Below, piece by piece: positions 13,701 through 25,700 of a stretch of DNA of 64,000 nt. The notes under the pieces were generated by a model. That model had not been told where the DNA came from, did no database searches, and saw only the letters and a program-made list of their open reading frames with translations. Numbering within the stretch: the stretch's first letter is position 1; each line of letters opens with the position of its first letter. This stretch comes from Lingula anatina (lineage: Eukaryota > Animalia > Brachiopoda): contig CM120643.1 in the NCBI GenBank assembly GCA_051362555.1, positions 1,178,001-1,242,000 on the forward strand, in the 5' to 3' direction. Both the position numbers and the translations under genes were made by a program.

Positions 13701-16700
13701 TGTCATTCTCGCCTATTTTACCATTAAGCACGCAGATGTTTATGTCTGTTAGTAAATTTAAAAAGTGCGTTCCATGGCTATTTGTATGCTCATCTAAAAT
13801 TTTACGCGGTTCTATTTCATCAACAGCCTATCTCGATCTCGTCTGCAGGCGCATTGAAGTCACTACAAATTATTATATTTCACAAATTTTGGTAACCATA
13901 TATATCTGTTGCAAGCTTTAAAAATGCTTTTCAGTGTCAGTTTTAGGAGCGTGCTCTCTGGGGGAAGGTAACATACACCCAAGCAAAAGTTGTTTCTCTC
14001 TGTTTGTGCTTTGGAAAACAACAACTCCTTTCATCTCAGAGTCAAGGACTTTAACGTCGTAGGTTGATACCAATCTTTTCCGTAGTAAACAGCCAACCCC
14101 ACCCGATCCTCTATGCGCATTCACATGCAGATTGGTGCGGGTTTTTATCAATCCAGAAATAATCATCAATTTGTAATTCATCATTCCCTTGCAAAAAATG
14201 TTTCGGCGAGGCAACAGATATCGTAATCTTGTTGTTTTACGAGTGTTTCACGAAATAATATTGGTCCTTGGCCACCCGTTGCAGTTTCAAAAACCGAGCG
14301 TTAGACACCCCTGCTATTCTGCGTCTTCCTGGCGCCACCGGCGTTGTCCTTGGCACGGATCTGCTTTAGATTGCTGACAATCGTTTCTGACCAAGCGTCC
14401 ATTCACTCATCTATAGTCTTTTTCACATCTTATCTGTGTCAGAATGGTGCGCTGTAATACATGTCATTATCTCCATCATCACTATCGTTGTCATAGGCTC
14501 TATGCACTTGTGCGTGTGCGATCACCGTATTGCCGTGATATATTGTGTCGTTTACAGACATCATTTTGGTGTTAAAAGTGTTCAGTGTGTATAGGTAGAG
14601 GTCGATTTGGCGGTGTCACTAGATATAGTCAGATTTTTGTTTTGTTTTGTTTTGTTTTTCAAAGAATATTTTTAGAAGCTTCCAATAATGTTGTCAGCCT
14701 AGTCTTGGTTAGTTCATATGTATATAACTTAAAAATCAGAATTCTTCGTAGCGTTCGAATCACATAAAATCTTAATATGGCGTAAGCCGTACACGACCCA
14801 GTCTACTGTTACTGACATGCGCATAAATGTGTCTAATACTAGTACTAGTGCAGCATACTTTTAAAGTTTTGACATCAGAGCACAGACATATAAGACAGTT
14901 AACAGGTAAGCCAAAATATCTGGATCTATCATAAATGAAAACTTAAAAATTAAGACTCCTTACTTAATCTTTAAGATCGCTTCATACCAGTTTTAGTCTT
15001 GAATTGCACTTAAAGACCAACTCAGACCACTAATGTACACTGTATGTCCGACACCACTATAAGGACTGCGCAATGGCTACACCAAAATCAGTTTTAAAGC
15101 AGAAAGGGGCTTGTGTTGTGGCATCGATTTTCGATTGCAAGGTATTCTTACTTCAAAATTCAATCTCCGGGTCAGCCTCTTTTCGTCTTTGTCTCGTCTG
15201 CACGAGGTGACGTCAGCCCAAGGCGGGAAAGGCAGCTCCAGGCGGGACAGATCTGTGACGTTCGCGACATGTGGCTTTCAAATATGGAAACGCCCCAGGC
15301 AAAATGTTGCCGAACACGCCCCTAGTATGACTACAGTCAGAATTGCTGATATGGGTTATATAGAAATCATGATCGAGCTGGCAATACTGAAATCTAGAAC
15401 TTAAGGACCTACTTGTACCCAGAACACGGAAAAGGTGACTGATTTTGGTTGACATGATTCGGTGTCGAGATAAGCGTCTTCCGCTCCTTCCTTCTCTGGG
15501 ATTTTATTATCTCACACACACAAGCAGTCCACTTTCCTCCCTTTTGTTTAAGTGAAATGTACTGTACTTGAATGTGAGTGTACACTGTAAAGGATAATGT
15601 TTTTTTTTTTCCAAAGGCAAACTTAACATTTTAATATGAAATTGAACAAGATTTTAAACCCCATACCGTGTTATTTATAGGTAGCCGCTGATGAGATACT
15701 TGGTCAACTCTTGGACTATCTGGAGGACAAGCAGGAACTCGCAGAACACGTCTACCGTTGTTTTGCCATAAGTAACTTGGCCGACGTTGAGGAGTTTGAT
15801 GAAATAAAAAGCGAGATCGAGCATCTTTGTGGCTATAGCAGAGACAGAGAAGCTGGCCGCCAAATGCACCCAGTGAGATGGTTCCAGTTGGAATTGGATT
15901 TGGCAAAGAAGAGTGAAGAAAGGCCGATCATATATATTAAAGAACTGCGTGATATGGCGCGCTTAGTTGGAATCCGTGACGCGGAGTTAGATGAAATGTT
16001 TATTCCTTACCATCATCATCTGGGAGACGTCCTACACTTCAAAGTGGATGGACTGGAAAATATCGTCATATTGGATCCACAGTGGTTAGCAGATCTGTTT
16101 TCTGCCATCATGACCCCGCCTGTTAGTAAAAGTGGAAAGGATCGCCTCGATTACTTGAAACGAAGTCTGGAAAAAGGAGAACTGAACGAGGAGGTGTTCG
16201 ATGTATATCTGCAGAAGGAAAAGATGACCGACATGAAAAACGAAGTGATTCAACTTATGGAGCATTTTGACCTGATGTTGGACATATCTAAATCAGTTCA
16301 AAATCCAATGCTGCCGTCTGGAAAGAGAAAATTCGTCGTGCCTTGCATGCTGAAATCCAATGACCTGGTGAAATATCGGCCTCCCGAGAAGGCTCGAGAA
16401 ATATCTTTATTCATTTCATTCCCTCACGGCTTCTTTCCTCCAGGGCTATTCCATCGTTTGATCATCCGTCTGCTTAGGAAGTATAAACCTTACCATTGTG
16501 TAAATGGCATCCCAGATGTTGGTTTTGACCACGCCTCCTTCCGTCTGGAAGACAAAACATCTGTGCTTCATCTCTTCACTGCAGAAAAGGACATTGAACT
16601 GGTGATAACGAACGCTGCCGGCCCACCAAAGCCTCACGTATATTTTAATACACGACAAACAGTTGAAAACGAGTTGTCTTATCTACAGAAGACATACTGC

Positions 16701-19700
16701 CCCAGAATGCACTTTGGCTACTATATCCGGGTAAACCACGGCAAGATCCCAATAGAAGCAGAGACCGTTCTAGAAAAGGATGTCATATGTGTATGTGTAG
16801 AGAATGCGGAAGTACCGATTGATTTGAGGCCATATCGTGTTTGGTTCTCAGGTAAGCAGTTAAAAAACATAATACCTGCTGTTGCCGTAAGTGAACAAAA
16901 TAAAAGTTTAAATTTTGGTGATATGTGACTTGAACCATAACTAGATGTAGCTAGCTTTTATACCTTGAAATACCGACTGTTATACACTCTGCACAATACA
17001 CAAATAATAATTACTATGAAAAGATATGTATGTCAATTATTTCAGGAGAAGAAGCAGTGAAGAAAGCCCCACTCGTGGCTCGAATGCGTCTTTCAGAAAG
17101 CAACAGTGTCAATCATGAGCAAGGTAAGGTTGTGTGCTGAACTCTAGCCTTGGCGTTGTTAATAAGCAAGTCTCGTAAAATTAAAATTATATGTTACCGG
17201 TGACAGAAATGAAGATTATTTATCCAAACTCTTGCGTTTAGTCACTACAATAAAACAGCGTTTTATTTCTAGTACACAACTCATATGATTCACCTTCTTC
17301 CACGTGTTTATAAGTGGGAAATTGTGGTTTTACATTTATACATTGACAGTAATGTTGAACATAAATGACCTTGATATCAAGCGTTCAATTGTGTGTGTGT
17401 GTGTGTGTGTGTGTGTGATTGTGTTTCCAAGAATTTAGTGTAAATGATATAAAAGTATTATTTAATGCCTATAAAGTGTGATTATCTCGCATTTGCCAAC
17501 CAGGTAGGACAGAAGAAAAAGAAAAAGGGCTGCCCCACAATCAGTCACTAGAAACTGCTTCTGCTCAAACATCAAGTACGTACTGATCTGGTATTGATCG
17601 TGGTCACTGACATTGGAATGTTTTAACTACCTTTATTATATGTTGGTAAAAAATGCACCATTAATAACTGAACAGAGTATAGGGGTTTACAAGAGTATTG
17701 CACCCGTTTGCTATAAGGTGAACAACAGCTGGATTTGTAAGGTTTTTCAAATAGTTTCTTTATGAAAACTGGTAAAGTCAAGTTAGTATCTTCACGACCG
17801 GTTAACAGACCAGTGCTCATTTATTATGTTAGTACTAATATTTTGTAGGATGGCCACGTGATCTCAATATTGGTGAGAATTCCTGTAGCATGGAGCCTTC
17901 TTTAAACTGTTCTTTTGCTTAAAGATGCATACGAAGTCAATGTTTTGCCACAAAAGCCGACCAGATGCCATTGTTACGAATAAGCAAACTTCTTTAGTCT
18001 TTTTCACATCTATTTTATTTGCTTGTCATTGAAATTGTCACGTAGAAACTGAAATGAACAAAATACATCAAATTAAGAAATTATCCTTAAATTATGTTAC
18101 AATTACAACTTATAAAGTTCTTATTAACTGTTTAAATTACTAAATGATTCATAAAGTCTTACCTCATTGCGGGAATTAGTGACTTTTAATGATCAGAACA
18201 TAACTAACTATAAGCGCGTGCTCTAGTCAAAAAAGTAAAACGCTATCTCCACCGATGTGCATAACAGCTAAGACGGGCCAAAACCTTAACATGGCTCCCC
18301 TAAATTGTGAAAGCAATTTACACAATATACACTGTTTACCTTATCATTACGTATAAAAAATATTTGCTCGGAAATTATTAAGAATTACCGTACCTTAAAC
18401 ACTTTTAAGGAACATCAAAACTTACTGTTAATTACCGTATTAAAACATAAAATACTTTGCAATCCCATAAACACAAATAGCTCGACATGTAACTGTCTTT
18501 AGAAAACAAAAGTGTTCATTAAATCTACACAAACTGTAGCATAGAATCATAACAAAACTGACATTATTGTCACAGTTAACAGTTATTTTGGCTCCTCGAC
18601 GGGGTCTTCTCCGGTCAATAAAAGAATTAACTTGTGCACTGGTCTCTCATATGTAGAGTCCCTAACTTTCAACTTGACCTTACGCACATATCCATCTGCA
18701 CTTTGAAAGGTTTCTACTATGCGACCAAGTGGCCACTGATTTCTTGGTGCACTGTCATCTATCATGAGAACAATATCTCCAACTTGTACATCTCTATGTT
18801 GTTTGATCCACTTTTTTCTCTCTTGTAATGTAGGAAGAAATTCCTTTCTCCACCTGTTCCAAAATTCATTGGCTAGATATTGAACATGTCGCCATCTTCG
18901 ATGAAGGTATGTGTCTTTCCTTATGAAATTCCCAGGTGGTGGCATCACGACCTTAGTTTTCAGGGTCAGGAGCTGATTTGGAGACAAAGGCATTGGAGAA
19001 TCTGGTGACTGTGTATCAATGTAGGTCAAAGGTCTACTGTTAACTATGGCTTCTGCCTCAGCTAACAATGTGGACAAGGAATCATCATCTAAACGGTCAC
19101 TGTGAGCTGTGAGAAGTCCTGATAAAGCATTTCTGGCTGATCTGATCATCCTTTCCCACACGCCTCCCATATGTGAAGCATGAGGAACATTCATTTCAAA
19201 CTGAATCCAGTCACAATGGTCTTTCAGAAGTTCTCTCCTGATCTTGTCCTGATCCATATCCATAAAGGCAGTTTCTTGCTCTCCCTTAACTCCAATGAAA
19301 TTGGTTCCACGGTCTGCTCTGAGTAGACGTACTGGTCCACGCCTGCATACAAAGCGTCTGTAGCAGTTAATGAAAGAATCTGTGCTGAGTGAATATGCAA
19401 CTTCTATATGAATAGCACGTGATGCTAAACATGTAAACATTGCACCGTATCTCTTAATCTGCTTTCTTCCCTCCTTCACATAGAATGGTCCAAAGAAATC
19501 TACTGCACTGTAGGTGAATGGAGGTGCTGGTTCCAGTCTGTCAGCTGGAAGATCTGACATTTTCTGACTCTGTGGGTTTGCTCGAAGCTTACGACAGGTC
19601 ACACATTTCCATATATATGATCCAATCTTGGCACGGCCAGAAATTATCCAATAACCACTAGCTCGGACTTCATTAAGAGTAATGCCACTTCCTGAATGTC

Positions 19701-22700
19701 CGCATCGTGTATGATAGTGGTCAATTATGAGATTTGTAACGTGATGATCCTTAGGCAGAATCACTGGGTGTGTAAGCTCTCTGGGTAGATTTGCCCTCTT
19801 TAAACGACCACCTACTCTGAGTAGTCCATCTTCACATAAAAATGGGTCTAGGCGGTATAGTGAACTGGTTTTCTTGATTTGTTCGTTGCGATATCTTGCC
19901 TGTTTTCTCTCTGTGTGTTCACTGTTATCTTCTCTGTTAATTGCTTTCAGTATTTCAATTTCCTTCTCAAATGTAACAGTCTGTGTTGACTTGAGAATGA
20001 TCTTTTCTGCCACTTGTATTTCTTGAACATTCAACGGTTCATTGCTGGTCTCAACTGTGTTCTGCTGTGTAGATTTCCTGTTCTTAGCTTGTTTCAGCTT
20101 CTGTATGAATCGTAAACACCACGTAACAACTCGTGTTGCTCTGTTCCAGGAAGAAAACCTTTTCAATACATCAGACAAGTGATCGTGGTTGGTTTCTACT
20201 TTAGTAGCAAATACATTGACTTCAGATTTGCGTACTTCTGGGTCATCTGGTGCTAGTCTGAATTGGGTATCAGTGGTAGATAGTGGTTCATCAATGCGCA
20301 GAAAGTCTGGCCCACTCCACCACTGTTCATTCTGTAGTAGCTCTGTCACACCTGTTCCCCTGGAGGCTATATCAGCTGGGTAGGGTTGTCACTGGACTTA
20401 ACATGCCTCCATTGCGATGGCTGACTGACTTCTCTAATTTGTTGTATTCTATTTGCTACAAAGACATGAAATCTCTTAGCATCATTATTGACATACCCTA
20501 GAACAACTTTGCTGTCAGTCCAATACACATGGGTGATGTCCTCATACTCTAACTCCTTGGCAAGAAAGGTCCCCACCTTTATAGACATCACTGCTGCTGA
20601 CAACTCTAAGCGTGGGACTGTAACTGGTTTAGAGGGAGCTACCTTGGACTTGCCCAGAACTAATGTGGTTGCTATTCTTCCTGTGTTGCTTTTAAGTCTC
20701 AAGTAACTGCACTGACCTAGGCCTTCTACACTGGCATCTGAGAAGTGATGAAGTTCTGCAGTAGTCACTTCACCAAAATCATTTGGCTTATAGCACCGTG
20801 GTATATTCAACTTGGTTAAGTTCAGCAAATCTGAGCGCCATCTTTCCCATCTGCATCTAATACTCTCTGGCACTTGATCATCCCACTCTGCACCGTCTCT
20901 GCATAGCTCTTGGAGAATTTTCTTACCGGCAAGGATGAAGGGTGAGACGAGGCCTAAAGGGTCAAATATGGAACTTACAGTGGAGAGAATTCCCCTTCTT
21001 GTTAATGGCTTATCATTGATCTGGACCTTAAACTGAAAACTGTCCGCTTCTACACACCACTGTACTCCTAAAGCTGGGCATATTGGCAATGTGTCTCTGT
21101 TAAGGTCAATGTTTCTCATTTCTTTGGCTCTCTCTGACATTTGGATTGTATTCATCACTTCACGGTTGTTTGATACTAGCTTGTGAAGTCTTAGGTTACC
21201 TTTGTTCAGCAGCTCTCTTGTTTCACTAACAAGACGTATAGCTTCTTCACTTGACTCGATGCTCTTGAGTCCATCGTCTACATAAAAGTCATTCTTAAGA
21301 AAGGCAATGACGTCTGGTGAATACTCATCTTGGTAGTCCTCTGCTAGTTTCCTCAGTCCATACAATGCGCATGCTGGTGAACTTATCGCTCCAAATATAT
21401 GAGACGTCATTCTGTATGTGATGGGATTACTACTGAGGTCACCGTCTTTCCACCATAGGAACTGTAAAAACTTTCTATCCTCTTCTTTCACTTTAAACCT
21501 GTGAAACATGTTCTCCATGTCACCCATGATTGCTACTGGCTGCTCTCTAAACCTCAATAAAACACCTATGAGCGAGTTATTCTGATCAGGTCCTTTCAAC
21601 AGGCAGTCGTTTAGCGCAACATTTTCATGTTTTGCACTGGCATCAAACACCACTCGTAATTTCTCACGTTTCTTGGGGTGATATACACCATGATGTGGTA
21701 AGTACCAACCTCCATCTTCATGAGGTGATTCTTCTGCATAGCATTTATCTATGAGGTCCTGCATAAAACTGTTATAGTGCTCATAATACTTCGGGTTGTG
21801 GATTAGCCTTTTCCTTAGCTGCTCTAGCCTGATCTCAGCTGCTGGTTTGTTGTTTGGCAATGCTGGATGTCCATCTTTAAATGGTAGTGGCATCTCATAA
21901 AAACCCTCGTTGAAATGTATGCCTTCCTCCATAATCTTCATGAACTTCTGGTCTTGAAGGCTTAACTTCTCATCTTTCTGTTGGTCGAAACCTTGGTCAA
22001 AGAGACTGCAAACCTCAGCGGGGCTGATCTCTGTCACTTGTGTTCTAAAGGCAAAGGCATGTGTTCCAAAGCTCTTGTTCTCATCTATGGGTCTTGATTT
22101 GTCCACTGGCCCTACTATACCCCAACCTAGGTTACATCTGTATGCATATGGCTCCTCTCCTCTACCATGTATGTACTCCAGACCTCTAATGGCTTTCATA
22201 CAGTTTACTCCCAACAGCAGTCCTACCTCTATGTCTGGGCGATAAGGAGTAATCTTATCAGCAATTGAGTGCAAGTGTGGCCATTTCTTAGCAGTTTCTG
22301 GTCTGGGTATCTGTGATCGCTTAACTGGAATGGAGTCTCTGGAGTATGTATCTGGGAGCTCAATCAATGTCTCTTGGTTCAGACCTCTCACAACAAGTCC
22401 TCTAACTTTCCTGCTCGGGACGGTTTTTTCTCCAAGTATGGTTGAAAGTCTGATGTCTACATGCTTCCCTTTACATTCGAGTTCACTGAGGGTCGAGGAC
22501 TTTACAAAGCAGGCATCTGACTGCTCGTCTAGTACTGCATATACCACTGAATAAATGTCTGGATTATCCTCGTGGTGTACTACAACTGGCACTATCATGG
22601 AATGCACATTCTCAGAACTGTGGGTGGTATGGCATACAGCTGCTCCCACTACTTTACTAGTGTAATTGTCATCATGTAGAATTGTTGGGTGATAAGAGTT

Positions 22701-25700
22701 ACATTTTTGGCATTTCATTTTACTTCTGCATTCATGTTTTCTGTGACCATATGCAAGGCACCCAAAACATAACCCATTATTCTTTATAATGCCGATTCTT
22801 TCATCCATTGTCTTTTCTTGCATTTCTGGGCATTGGTGAAGTTTATGTTGTTCCTTGCATAATATACACTTGTGAACGTGTCTTTCGTTGCTGGATGCAG
22901 AGGTACTAGACAGTACTGTTTGTGCTGGAACTCTTCTCCTTGGTGCTGGTATAGGTCTCTCTGGTGGCGGTGGAACCTTTCCAAAAATGGGGTCAGCCAA
23001 TTTTCGTGCTTCTTTCTGCACAAAATCGACGAAAACCTGAAAGGTTATCTTCTGTCCCCTTTCCTTCCTTTCATATACTATGCTTCTCCATTTATCATGC
23101 AATTTGAGCGGCAGCTTCGTCATTAGCCTCTTAAGGTTATCGGGATACTCGAGGACTGGAATGGCATCTATTTCTTTTACTGCATATTCACATTCCCTTA
23201 AAAATATGCCGTATTTGTCTAATGCGACATAATCATCATGCTTTATCACTGGCCACTGTAAGGCACGGTTTATATACGATGTCGCAATCTGTTCTTGGTC
23301 CCCATACCTTCTCTCAAATTCCTTCCATGTGGCCTTGAAACCAATGGATGCATCTAAGTGAGCGAATCCTAGCGTAATTTCATGAGGCTCACCTCTGGTG
23401 TATTGCAGTAGATAGTTCAGTTTTTCATCGTCAGAGTCGCATGTTTCTATGATTCTACTTTTAAACTGTCTCTTAAACAGCACATATTTGATCGGGTCAC
23501 CTTCAAATACTTGAATCTGAATTCTTGGTTTACTGAGTTCCTTTGCTATCGTAGTTTGCTCACACAAAGTGAGTGGGGCACAAGATGTTAGTGCATTTTT
23601 GGGCGTAGATGTCTTTTTTATATTTGACTTTGTGAAATTAAAATGCTTTTCCAACTCACACATGGTTTGGTCTATATCCGACTCTACCCTTTTTAGTTCT
23701 GCTTGCAGCAGTAACATTTCCGCTTGTGTTGCCATCTTTTCTAAATACTATGCTGATCGTCTTTCACTAAATCGTCGCTCAGTTTCTATTATCTTTCACT
23801 AAATCGTCGCTGAGTTTCTACTGTTACGAATAAGCAAACTTCTTTAGTCTTTTTCACATCTATTTTATTTGCTTGTCATTGAAATTGTCACGTAGAAACT
23901 GAAATGAACAAAATACATCAAATTAAGAAATTATCCTTAAATTATGTTACAATTACAACTTATAAAGTTCTTATTAACTGTTTAAATTACTAAATGATTC
24001 ATAAAGTCTTACCTCATTGCGGGAATTAGTGACTTTTAATGATCAGAACATAACTAACTATAAGCGCGTGCTCTAGTCAAAAAAGTAAAACGCTATCTCC
24101 ACCGATGTGCATAACAGCTAAGACGGGCCAAAACCTTAACAGCCATTATATAGTTTAAAATAGTAAATTTAGAGAAATACCAAAAGACATTGTTTAATAT
24201 TACCCAAAATGATATTTGAACGGATTTTCCTGTTAGCTTTCTATGCTGTATATCTATGGGGCAGATAAGTAGGTCAGGTAAGTAGGTTAAATCTACAACC
24301 AAAAGTTTAAAGAAAGGAGCTTTTTATGGTTTATAGAGCGTTTTATTTGGTTCATCCCTTGGTATGTCGAATTTAGTTAGAAGTGGTTTATGTGCATTAC
24401 TTGAAATCAACGCTCCACAGACACTGGGTTTATATGCACCTTTAACTCAACCACCGTAAAGCTAATTCACAGCACGGTTCAAATTTCCTGAGCCTTGGCA
24501 GCATAAAAAGACGCCTGTCGTCTCTGGCAGTAGTCTGCTTCATGTTGTTTTATGGACATCACCAGTGTCCCCCATCCTTCTGCAAACCCTGTATACAAGT
24601 TAACCAAGCATACCACATATGGGATACAGCTAAAGCCTCCAATTTCAGGGAAACAATTTCTTTGATATTTTCATTTTTGAGTTTTTTTTCACCATGATAA
24701 CAACTTGACATCTAGAAGGGCGTTAAACCTACGATGGCACCTCTTATTGTGCGCATGGATGAAAATCCATCCCTTGTTACGTGACCAATAAACCGCAAGG
24801 CACTTTTTACGAACGGGTCCCTCGTGCCCCATAGCTCCCTATTCATACAGGTGGTACAATAATTTTGTCGCCCCCACCCCCTGTAGATCGGGCATTTATG
24901 TACTCTGGTATGGTCCACTTAGTTTGATCTTTAATCTTAACAGTTCTTCCAGAATGCTATATGCAGTCAAGGAAAACTAGTTTTTTTTTTGGTTCATAAA
25001 TCACTTTTACCAAATTCTTAACACTGTACATATTCTTAACACTGCACATAATAACTCATTAACCTTCTCATTGGAGGATAATTTATAATTGTAGGCTCAA
25101 GCATGGATGATATGACCGAGGTCAAAGTAAAACCTTGCTCAGTTGACCTCTTCCAGGAGAAGGCATTCGATCATAAAAATGTTAGTGGCCCCGTTTTATT
25201 CTGTTTTATTTTTATATGCAGGTGTATTTGTTACCGTATATAATGTTCAACAATACAGTAGCTTTGTCATGAAAAAGACATTTATTACAACACCAACTGA
25301 ATGTTTCACACTTTATCTTGTTGGTGCACCAAGAGAAGCATGTACTGAGGCAATAGCAGTGCAAGATTACACTTAAATTGTCAACAACCCTTTTGAATAT
25401 TGCAGGTCTACAAAAACTACAGAGAGTGGAGAGGGAGAGCTGTGATCATCAACAATGTCAGCTTTGACAATAACTATCACCCCGACAGAGAAGGCACAGA
25501 GATTGATGTTAAACGTCTGGAAAGTTTATTTCAGCAGCTACATTACCTGGTGTCCAGGCATGACAACATGACTGCTAGGGTTTGTAGATCGAATTTAAAT
25601 GTTCACTTAGTCCGCCGCATATTTTACCCTTTAGATACAGTTGGTAATATATCAACTATAAACTATGTGATGGTAACATATTAACTCTTTCTGTCATTAA

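Noticed and set aside
15040-15600. Possible Gypsy LTR plus PBS (minus strand TGGTGTC) and overlapping short ORFs
   Set aside because: There is no partner LTR, TSD or coding sequence to confirm it, and the ORFs have no recognisable motifs.
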